From IMG/VR virus record IMGVR_UViG_3300037067_015055: a DNA stretch of 64,000 nt, one strand, 5' to 3'. This DNA is from a virus. This document shows, one piece after another, positions 56,605 through 64,000 of this stretch; the first letter of the stretch is position 1, and each line of letters begins with the position of its first letter. The position numbers and the translations under genes were made by a program. Below the pieces are notes generated by a model that was given only the letters and a program-made list of their open reading frames with translations, did not search any database and was not told where the DNA came from.

Positions 56605-56618
56605 TATTTAGGTAAATA

Positions 56619-59411
56619 ATGGTAACTCAATCAAAAGTTGAAATTTTAAATCAAGAGGAAATCGTGAACGACATAGAGGAAACACCACAAGTGGATTTGG
56701 AAAAGTTAGCTGCACTAAAGGCCCGAGCCGCTCAAAAAAGAGCTGAGGAAGAGGCTGCTCAGAATGCGGTGAAAACAGAACAGGAGGAGCCTATGCCGCT
56801 GCGCATTATAGAGGAGCAACAGAGAAGCCTTCGCTTTGGTATTATCGGTTCAGGACAGGCCGGTTGTATTGATGGTAAAACAAATGTATTTATTTCCAAT
56901 GATGGTATCATTTCTATAGAAGAGTTTTTTAATAAACAATTAAAATCTTCTACTGTACAAGATATTGATGCAAAATCAGGGGAAATATGTGTTAAATTAC
57001 CTTCTGATAAAAATATCTTTACAGTATCAATAAATCCAGAAACAGGAGAACTTTGTAAACGCAAAGTAATGGCTGTTTGGAAGTTGAAAAAACAATCTAA
57101 AAATAAGATTATAACAGAATCTGGCACTGAATTAATTTGTTCAAAGGTTCATCCTAGTTTAGTATTCAGTCCAAGCGTAAGGAAGCGTGCTCATTTTAAA
57201 TCTTTTAAATCAATTTCAAGCAGTGATCGTTTTGTTGGTATTAGATCTAGTGTTATTGATCAATTATCTTCAGAAACTTCTGTTGGGGGTATAACTATTA
57301 CTGAGGATATTGCTTGGGTTTTGGGTTTATTTGCCGGGGATGGATCCACAACAAAGAGTGGAAATGAGATAGCATTTTATCTTAGCGATTCTGGTACATT
57401 AGAAAAAGCATCTGGGATTTTAAATGGTTTATTTGCCAGTTCGATTTCTATTAGCGATCAGCCGGGTTGTAAAAAATTATCTGCTTTTGGGTTTAAAATT
57501 AGGTATTTCTTTGAATCTGCTTTTAATATATTTAATGGAAAGACATATGGCGGGTTTGGATCTAAAACTTTTACAATAGATATTCCTTCTTGTATATCTT
57601 CGGCTAGCTCTAATATCAGAGCCTCGTTTATTGCCGGTTTATTAGATTCTGATGGAACAATTTGCAAAGATTGGTGTGAGTCGAGTATCTCTACTGTCTC
57701 TGGGTTATTAGCAGATAAGTTATGCTGCTTAATTGCCTCTATTGGTGGTAGGGCTCATGTTGAAGTGGTACTTCCTAGAAACGGAAGGGATAACGAGAAA
57801 ACTTGTTATAGAGTTAGGATTAGTGGTAAAATAAATCATGGACCACTGTTAGATAAAATAGTTGAGTGTCTTGCACATTCAGACAAGAAAGATAAACTTA
57901 ATTATTGGTTAAGTGCAAATCAAAAAAGCTTTATCTCTTCTTCTGTACCTTTATCGTTTGAAGAGTTGTCTTATTGGTTAAAAGATGAAGGAGGGATGAC
58001 AACTGTTAATAATTTATCAGAACGTTCTGGTGTGTGTTTAAAGGGCTGGAGTCGTGGTGAAAGGAAGTTATCTATTCCAGCATTTGAGAAAATGCTTGAT
58101 GTTTTAGAACCCTCAGAACAAGCTGAATATATCAAATCAATTTGTCCAAAGTTGGATGTGGTCAAGGAGGTGTTTGAAGATATTGAATCTGATGATATTT
58201 TTTATGACTTAACCGTTGAAGAACATGAAAATTATTTAGCTGGTAATTTTGGATTTATTTTTACTCATAATAGCCGTCTTGCTGAGCAATTTTTCGCACT
58301 TGGATATCCTTCGGTTTGTATGAATACAGCCCCTCAGGACTTGGAGAATATCAAGATCCCTGAACAGCAAAAACTGCTCTTGGACTTTGGTTTGGGTGGT
58401 GCTGCCAAAGATCTGTCTATCGGCCATGATGCTGCAGACGCCTATCGTGCCGCCATCAACCAACTGATTCAGCGTCATCTCAGTGACGCAGAGATGTTCA
58501 TCTTCTGCACGTCACTTGGAGGCGGATCTGGCGCAGGATCTGTTCCTGTTGTAGTTGATATCCTGGCACAAATTGGGAAGCCAGTTGCGGTGCTCACGGT
58601 TCTTCCAAAGGCCAGCGAAGATGCTCAGCTCAAGCACAACGCATGGCAAACCTTGAGTAAGTTCACGAAGCTTTTCGCTGATGGCAAGATTCACAATATC
58701 ATTACCGTTGATAACGCGAAGATCGAATCGTTGTACAGTGAGGTTGGGCCATTCAATTTCTTCAACGTATCAAATAAGGCCATCGTAGAGCCTCTGAACG
58801 TCTTCAATACGCTCAGCCGCCGGCCAGATGAAGGCGTCAAGGTTCTGGACTCCAGCGAGTTCGGCAAGCTGTTCATGGACGGCCGTGGATTCACTGTATA
58901 CGGCGTCACCAGCGTCCCAGACTACGAAGATGAGATGGCAATCGCCACCGCTATCGTAGACTCTCTCAAGGGCAATCTGCTTGCTTCTGGGTTCAACATT
59001 CGGCAGGCTCGATATGCCGGTTTCATGCTCGTAGCTCCGGAGAAAATCTGGAACAAGATTCCAAGCTCCAGTCTCCACTTCGCACAGTCTATGATTCTTG
59101 ATGCCTGTGATGGAGCTGTCATCTTCCATGGTATTTACAAGGAAGAATCTGATGACGATTGTATCAAGGTCTATTCGATGTTCTCTGGGCTTGGGTTACC
59201 AGAGGAAAGAATTGATCAACTGAAGACCGAAGCACAGTTGAAGATTGGAGTGGCGCAGCGCAAGGACGAGGCGCGCAATCTCACAATGAAGGTTGACGTT
59301 GGCGAAGAGACCGTCAATCAGGTTGAGGAAATCAAGAAGAAGATTCAGCAGAAAGCCTCATCCTTCACCAAGCTTCACAATGCGGCCGTACAAGACAGGA
59401 GAAAGAAGTGA
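56619..59411 (+). CDS. Tubulin/FtsZ-superfamily GTPase (PhuZ/TubZ-like phage cytoskeletal protein), 930-aa precursor interrupted by a 469-aa intein; mature extein ~461 aa
   Basis: N-extein ends FGIIGSGQAG and C-extein resumes SRLAEQFF (together a tubulin T1-loop-like GQAGsrlaeqF, cf. tubulin GQCGNQIG); tubulin signature SLGGGSGAGS (GGGTGSG-type) downstream. Confidence 0.65.
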   Translation: MVTQSKVEILNQEEIVNDIEETPQVDLEKLAALKARAAQKRAEEEAAQNAVKTEQEEPMPLRIIEEQQRSLRFGIIGSGQAGCIDGKTNVFISNDGIISIEEFFNKQLKSSTVQDIDAKSGEICVKLPSDKNIFTVSINPETGELCKRKVMAVWKLKKQSKNKIITESGTELICSKVHPSLVFSPSVRKRAHFKSFKSISSSDRFVGIRSSVIDQLSSETSVGGITITEDIAWVLGLFAGDGSTTKSGNEIAFYLSDSGTLEKASGILNGLFASSISISDQPGCKKLSAFGFKIRYFFESAFNIFNGKTYGGFGSKTFTIDIPSCISSASSNIRASFIAGLLDSDGTICKDWCESSISTVSGLLADKLCCLIASIGGRAHVEVVLPRNGRDNEKTCYRVRISGKINHGPLLDKIVECLAHSDKKDKLNYWLSANQKSFISSSVPLSFEELSYWLKDEGGMTTVNNLSERSGVCLKGWSRGERKLSIPAFEKMLDVLEPSEQAEYIKSICPKLDVVKEVFEDIESDDIFYDLTVEEHENYLAGNFGFIFTHNSRLAEQFFALGYPSVCMNTAPQDLENIKIPEQQKLLLDFGLGGAAKDLSIGHDAADAYRAAINQLIQRHLSDAEMFIFCTSLGGGSGAGSVPVVVDILAQIGKPVAVLTVLPKASEDAQLKHNAWQTLSKFTKLFADGKIHNIITVDNAKIESLYSEVGPFNFFNVSNKAIVEPLNVFNTLSRRPDEGVKVLDSSEFGKLFMDGRGFTVYGVTSVPDYEDEMAIATAIVDSLKGNLLASGFNIRQARYAGFMLVAPEKIWNKIPSSSLHFAQSMILDACDGAVIFHGIYKEESDDDCIKVYSMFSGLGLPEERIDQLKTEAQLKIGVAQRKDEARNLTMKVDVGEETVNQVEEIKKKIQQKASSFTKLHNAAVQDRRKK
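56865..58271 (+). mobile_element. Intein with LAGLIDADG homing-endonuclease domain, inserted in the GTP-binding T1 loop of the tubulin-like gene
   Basis: Starts Cys (CIDGKTNVFISNDGIISIEEF, Hint block A), ends ...FIFTHN followed by Ser (+1); internal LGLFAGDGS and FIAGLLDSDGT LAGLIDADG motifs; ~33% GC versus ~47-49% in exteins. Confidence 0.85.
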
Positions 59412-59475
59412 AGCTTTCCATTGACGAAGACGGAACCATTGAGGTCATGGAGTTGTCCAAAAGATGGGTGGATGA

Positions 59476-60033
59476 ATGACAGATAAATACGTAGCCTCCA
59501 ATTATTTCCTACGGCCTGAAGCTGGATATTATCAGCGGATGTTTGTGATCGATCCATTGGGTTCATTAGAGCATCACTTATACCCCAAATACGAAGCAGA
59601 TAAGACTGATACTAGTTATTTTGTTAGTAAAAGAGGGACTGTTAGTAAAAGAGGGACTGTTAAGAAGGGGTTTTTCAAAACAATTACTGTTGATTTGCTA
59701 AATCCGTTGAAATATGATCCTGAAAAAACCATTGCTAGATTTTTAAAGTTTGTTATCAATGATCATATTGAAAATAACCTTAGATGTGTATCGTTTGATG
59801 AGGTGTTGAAAAAAATTGTAAGTTCTGAAAAGCCTGCGGTTTGTGAAAGGTTAAGGGTTGCTGGGTCTAAATTGGTTTTCCCAATAGATGGTATTGATGA
59901 GGATATTGCCGTTATTTTTCCAGATCCAGAGTTATTTGGGTGTTTGCCATTTATTACAGATGGAAACAAAATGGGTGGCTATGGTATTTTCTGTTGGGGC
60001 GGAAGCGGCATTGAAGTATTTAGGATTCAATGA
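59476..60033 (+). CDS. Hypothetical protein (185 aa) with in-frame 18-nt tandem duplication (VSKRGTVSKRGT)
   Basis: Complete ORF; repeat at 59633-59668. Confidence 0.3.
   Translation: MTDKYVASNYFLRPEAGYYQRMFVIDPLGSLEHHLYPKYEADKTDTSYFVSKRGTVSKRGTVKKGFFKTITVDLLNPLKYDPEKTIARFLKFVINDHIENNLRCVSFDEVLKKIVSSEKPAVCERLRVAGSKLVFPIDGIDEDIAVIFPDPELFGCLPFITDGNKMGGYGIFCWGGSGIEVFRIQ
59633..59668 (+). repeat. Exact 18-nt tandem duplication (gttagtaaaagagggact x2), in frame
   Basis: Seen directly. Confidence 0.9.
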
Positions 60034-61511
60034 CAGCAATTATTCGGTACCAGAACTCCTGCAGGATCGCTGAAGAAGATGATGAGGAAATTTTAGGAGC
60101 ATTGGACAATGAGCTGTCCTTTAAGCTTCTTGGTGCCGAATTTTCCCAAGCTTACAAAGGCTACACCAACGATCTAGGTGAATTTGTAACCTGGGACGGT
60201 AAGCGCCATCTATTATCAGCGAGCGGAAAGTTCCCAGTTGGTTTGCTGCCGCGTGTGATGGATTTCTATGCTTCAAAGGGGTGCCGCCCAATGATAATAG
60301 ATGAACGTCCGCAAATTGAAAGGTCAACGCCACTTGATATTACCAATAACTTACGGGCTATCGGTAAGGAAGCTCGACCCTATCAAGAGAGCGCCGCCAA
60401 CGCTGCTGTGGAAACAGACCGTGGCATCATTCGGCTTGCCACGGGATCTGGAAAAACTTTAGTGTCGGCTTTAATTACTGCTAAGATTGGTAAATCTTCG
60501 ACAATTTTAGTAATCGGTAAGGATTTGTTATATCAAACACAATCTTTTTTCAAAGAAGTATTTAGACAAGAAATTGGCATTATTGGAGATGGCAAATGCG
60601 AAATTAGAGACATTAATATAGCTACTATTTGGAGTGTCGGCCAGGCGTTAGGCCTGACTGGTACAGTGACACTGGATGATGATGGTTTGGTAGAAAAGAA
60701 AACAGATCCAGAGAAATTTTCTAAGATCAAGGGCATGTTGTTGAATTCTGGTACGATAATACTCGACGAATGTCATTTGGCAGCTTGCGATACTGTACAA
60801 GTTATTGCTCGAAATATCAAAGCTGAATATGTATACGGAATGTCTGCTAGTCCATGGCGTGATGATGGAGCGGATATGCTCATCGAAGCTTTCCTTGGAC
60901 GAAAGATCGTTGATGTTTCTGCTAGAGAGCTAATTAAGCAGGGGTATTTGGTTCCGCCAAGTATCAGGTTCATTGCCCCCATGCCGTATCAGTTCAAGAG
61001 CGGAAAGTACCCAAGCATTTACTCCAGATATATTGTCGAGAACGAACAGCGCAACTCGATGGTTGTGAAGGCCACAAAAAGTATGGTCGAGCAAGGCTTT
61101 GTGCCGCTCGTACTGTTCCACACCATCAAGCATGGCGATGTTCTGTTCGATCACATGAAGAAGACGGTACCAACTGGACTTCTGAGTGGAAAGGACAGTG
61201 CAACACAACGCGAGAAGATTAAGGATGAGCTGGAAAGTGGCAAGATCAAATGCTTGGTGGCGAGTAAGATTTTCGATATTGGGGTTGACCTACCGATACT
61301 TTCCGGGCTGGTTATTGCTGGCGCTGGTAAATCGTCTGTTAGAGCTTTGCAACGGATAGGTCGAGTCATCCGTCCTTACAAGGGAAAGAAGATGTCTGCG
61401 ATTATTGACTTTGCAGATCAGGCCCCATATCTGAATAAACATTCTGAAATTAGGCGAGAGATATACGAGTCGGAGTTTGATGTAACATGGCCCCAAGAAA
61501 AAAAGCAGTAG
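60030..61511 (+). CDS. Superfamily 2 DNA/RNA helicase (DEAH/DECH-box; UvsW/XPB-like)
   Basis: Walker A RLATGSGKTLVSAL, motif II ILDECHLAA, motif VI-like QRIGRVIRP. Confidence 0.8.
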   Translation: MTAIIRYQNSCRIAEEDDEEILGALDNELSFKLLGAEFSQAYKGYTNDLGEFVTWDGKRHLLSASGKFPVGLLPRVMDFYASKGCRPMIIDERPQIERSTPLDITNNLRAIGKEARPYQESAANAAVETDRGIIRLATGSGKTLVSALITAKIGKSSTILVIGKDLLYQTQSFFKEVFRQEIGIIGDGKCEIRDINIATIWSVGQALGLTGTVTLDDDGLVEKKTDPEKFSKIKGMLLNSGTIILDECHLAACDTVQVIARNIKAEYVYGMSASPWRDDGADMLIEAFLGRKIVDVSARELIKQGYLVPPSIRFIAPMPYQFKSGKYPSIYSRYIVENEQRNSMVVKATKSMVEQGFVPLVLFHTIKHGDVLFDHMKKTVPTGLLSGKDSATQREKIKDELESGKIKCLVASKIFDIGVDLPILSGLVIAGAGKSSVRALQRIGRVIRPYKGKKMSAIIDFADQAPYLNKHSEIRREIYESEFDVTWPQEKKQ

Positions 61512-62134
61512 AGCCCAAGGTAACTAAGGTCCAGAAGATTAGTGGGTTGAAGGCTGATGGCACTCCAAATGCTTTTTGGCAGAAGTTCAAAGCCAAGCTG
61601 GCTTTGTATGCATCTGATGATATTTCACAATGGCAGGAGTATCACTTTCTGGGACACATACTCAAGAGATATAAAGATCACATGGGTATTGAGTTTACAT
61701 TATCATACTCAAGAGCGCCCGCCAAATGTTCTGAGATGTTCTGTATAAAGCGAATGATTGCGTTCCTGGGTGTTGAGGATAAGCAAACCATCAAGGATTA
61801 TATAGATTTCGTATTCGATCAGTATATAATTCCCAAGAAGGTATCTGTAACATCTATTGGGTACTTCTTTACTACCGAGTTTATCTTCCAGTTCAAGAAG
61901 ATGTTTAGCAAGGATTCTAGGATTAGTAGGTCAACTCAATTACCAGCCGATTACAAGTCTGTTGTGAGTAGTCTAAACATAGATGTTTGTACATATGGCG
62001 ATTTGGCGTTTGCTAAGCTAGCTATTGAAAATGATCCTAATGGCAGTGAGGTTGCGATATATATTAGGATGTTTGATGAATTAAAGAACATTGGGTTCGA
62101 TGATGGTGTATTAGGAAGACTAGATGGAAATTAA
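61487..62134 (+). CDS. Hypothetical protein (215 aa)
   Basis: ORF overlapping helicase 3' end by 25 nt. Confidence 0.3.
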   Translation: MAPRKKAVEPKVTKVQKISGLKADGTPNAFWQKFKAKLALYASDDISQWQEYHFLGHILKRYKDHMGIEFTLSYSRAPAKCSEMFCIKRMIAFLGVEDKQTIKDYIDFVFDQYIIPKKVSVTSIGYFFTTEFIFQFKKMFSKDSRISRSTQLPADYKSVVSSLNIDVCTYGDLAFAKLAIENDPNGSEVAIYIRMFDELKNIGFDDGVLGRLDGN

Positions 62135-62549
62135 AATAGGCTCTATTATAAAGATCATTTGTATCAACAATGTTATCGAAGCCGGAAAGCTTGTCGAGTA
62201 TACTGATGAGCAGATGGTACTTGAATTGTTTGATAGATCTTTGTTTATTGTACAAGACCCGTTCAAGAATGTGATGTGTATTAGGCTCACCCCACAAACA
62301 ACGGAGTCGAGTGAGCAGGGGGAGGTTTTTGTAGAATTGGAGCCCGAACCTGCTCACTACTATCGCCAAGAGGATTTGAGGGCAAAAAATTTGGCGGAGC
62401 TGCATAAGCTAAAGGCCGCTGAGGAACGGAAAAGAGCTCGTGAGCTACTGCAAAGATCTAAGAATATCGAAACCCTTCCCGAGGTAGATTTTGGATCCCC
62501 ATTTTTCACAAAGTCCATTCTTAAACATCCCAAGAAAAAAGCTCGATGA
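62124..62549 (+). CDS. Hypothetical coiled-coil protein (141 aa)
   Basis: Charged/heptad-like C-terminal half; 3' end overlaps next ORF through an A-run. Confidence 0.3.
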   Translation: MEIKIGSIIKIICINNVIEAGKLVEYTDEQMVLELFDRSLFIVQDPFKNVMCIRLTPQTTESSEQGEVFVELEPEPAHYYRQEDLRAKNLAELHKLKAAEERKRARELLQRSKNIETLPEVDFGSPFFTKSILKHPKKKAR

Positions 62550-63210
62550 TGCGCTTGATGATATTCTCGAAGCTCAATCGAACAATGGCATCTTAACTCC
62601 TGGTGGGGCAGCTCTCACTACAGCCTTCACTCGTTATTACGAAGCTAATATTCCGGTTGATTATTGGTGGCGTGAAATGGATGGTTGGTCTGGGCCAGAT
62701 AAATTAACACGTATTTATTTAGACATCACTAAAGATATAAAAGCCTCCTATAAAAGTGGAGAAAAGGCTTTCTTTGCTGGGAAGCACGGAATTGGGAAAA
62801 CTTATATTTCGTGTTGTATTCTTAAGCGTGCAGTTGAGAAACAATATAGTGCCTTGTATGTCAACTTGACGGACATCATTCATATCATGTTGAACTCTTC
62901 ACCTCAGGTAAAATCTGATGCAAGAGAAATATTATTAAATGTAGATTTTTTGGTAATAGATGAGTTTGATGCTCGTTTCATGGGTAGCGAGAATGCCGCA
63001 GATCTATTTGGCCGTATTCTAGAACCCATCATGCGAACGAGAATCCAGAATAGGATGCCACTCTTCTTCTGTACCAACAGTGTGAAGGTTGAGGAAAGTT
63101 TTTCAGGTCCTTTGCGTGCGAGTATTGAAAGTTTGATGAAGGTGGTTAAATTGGTGCCGATAATTGGTGGCCAAGATATGAGAGATATGATTAAGAAGGG
63201 GGAATTATGA
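62491..63210 (+). CDS. DnaC/IstB-like AAA+ ATPase (putative helicase loader)
   Basis: Walker A FFAGKHGIGKTYIS, Walker B FLVIDEFDARF; sits directly upstream of DnaB-like helicase. Confidence 0.6.
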   Translation: MDPHFSQSPFLNIPRKKLDDALDDILEAQSNNGILTPGGAALTTAFTRYYEANIPVDYWWREMDGWSGPDKLTRIYLDITKDIKASYKSGEKAFFAGKHGIGKTYISCCILKRAVEKQYSALYVNLTDIIHIMLNSSPQVKSDAREILLNVDFLVIDEFDARFMGSENAADLFGRILEPIMRTRIQNRMPLFFCTNSVKVEESFSGPLRASIESLMKVVKLVPIIGGQDMRDMIKKGEL

Positions 63211-64000
63211 TAGAAGAGCTAGATCTTCGCGTCCTAAAATCCCTAGTAAAAGACAAGGTAAGCGCTCTGACGTTTACCTCAAGGTACGACCATTTATTGT
63301 TCGATCAGGATATTCAGCGCTTTGCCAAGCTCGTTCTTGACTACACAAAACATTACCGCTCCCCGCCTACCAAACGAACCCTGCTCGAACAGCACGGCAA
63401 CAATCAACTTCTCGCCACCACTATCGAGGATTCCTGGCGCGAATTAGAGGAACTGGATTACGATACCAAGGAATACCCCTATGATCTCGCGCAGTTGAAG
63501 AAGCGCTTCCAAATGCAGGCGGTTGAGGACATTCGGGCGCGTGCAGCCGCGGATGATCCGGATTCTGCCCAAAATCCAGAGGAGTATTTCAACAACCTAT
63601 CGCTGGCCATCAATAGGATCACCTCTATTGAGCTGGAGCGTACCTATACCCAGAAGCCTGTTGGGGACTACCTTCAGGAATTTACCGATTCGTATGAGGC
63701 TCGGAAGCTCAATCCAGAGGCCTCTATTGAGATCAAGACTGGCTATAGCATGATAGATGCCGTCTCTGGAGGGATGTCTCCTGGAGAGTTGGTTATGATC
63801 GGCGGCGAATCAAATGCTGGGAAATCCCAGCTGCTCAATAATACCGCTAAGCAGATTTGGTTGCAAGGCAATACCATTGAGTCGATTGCCAGTACGTCGA
63901 TGGTGCGTGGATACAACGTCCTCTATTTCTCTTTAGAGATGCCTTATGAAGACTGCTTTATCCGATTTCTTGCCAGCTTGGCAAACGTTCCACAGCGCGG
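63208..64000 (+). CDS. DnaB-family replicative helicase (T4 gp41-like), 5' portion; continues past window end
   Basis: Own translation from ATG 63208: ...TGYSMIDAVSGGMSPGELVMIGGESNAGKSQLLNN...VLYFSLEMPYEDCFIRFLAS matches DnaB C-terminal-domain motifs (TG...lD...gG...g.L.iiaarPsmGKT..al; fSLEMs); not in ORF track because no stop in window. Confidence 0.75.

Noticed and set aside
63523-63753. 76-aa ORF MRTFGRVQPRMIRIL...
   Set aside because: It lies inside the DnaB-like helicase gene in another frame. The helicase frame has clear conserved motifs.
1-64000. Many 60-150-aa antisense ORFs within large + strand genes (e.g. 4825-5088, 5733-6279, 17004-18413, 32178-33191, 37735-38190, 53842-54529)
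   Set aside because: They are embedded in well-supported long ORFs on the opposite strand and lack RBSs. They are expected by chance in 2-7 kb genes.

Overview
This 64 kb window reads as a contiguous slice of a large contractile-tailed phage genome (myovirus-type, possibly jumbo, or a prophage), almost all on the + strand with tightly packed or overlapping genes. Approximate overall GC is 38-40%, with strong local mosaicism. Layout: (1) 1-41.2 kb is a tail/baseplate module. It holds a tail-fibre C-terminus with HxH motifs, a Gly-rich fibre/adhesin, a 1764-aa beta-helix fibre or tailspike, a tail sheath, a tail tube, a chaperone pair with an overlapping shifted-frame ORF, a tape measure, giant hub proteins, a gpV-like central spike, an unusual polytopic membrane protein, gp25/W-like and gp6/J-like wedge proteins, a 2281-aa giant protein with laminin-G/concanavalin-A-like (LamG) lectin domains, and a 994-aa fibre protein carrying a dockerin-like domain. 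A high-GC gene for a secreted Thr/Gly-rich, Cys-rich protein sits on the opposite strand with its own sigma70-like promoter, flanking direct repeats and a terminator, next to the fibre genes. (2) 41.2-56.6 kb is a glycan-biosynthesis island. It has a small lipoprotein, a GT4, several GT2 enzymes, GT10 and GT11 fucosyltransferases, two FkbM methyltransferases, a DegT-type sugar aminotransferase and an SDR epimerase/dehydratase. It is interrupted by two homing-endonuclease genes, one of which left a duplicated, synonymously diverged copy of the epimerase 5' end. (3) 56.6-64 kb holds replication and cytoskeleton genes: a tubulin/FtsZ-superfamily GTPase split by a LAGLIDADG intein, an SF2 helicase, a DnaC-like ATPase and a partial DnaB-like helicase. 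No rRNA, tRNA or CRISPR arrays were seen. Function calls rest on motif-level recognition only; no database searches were run.
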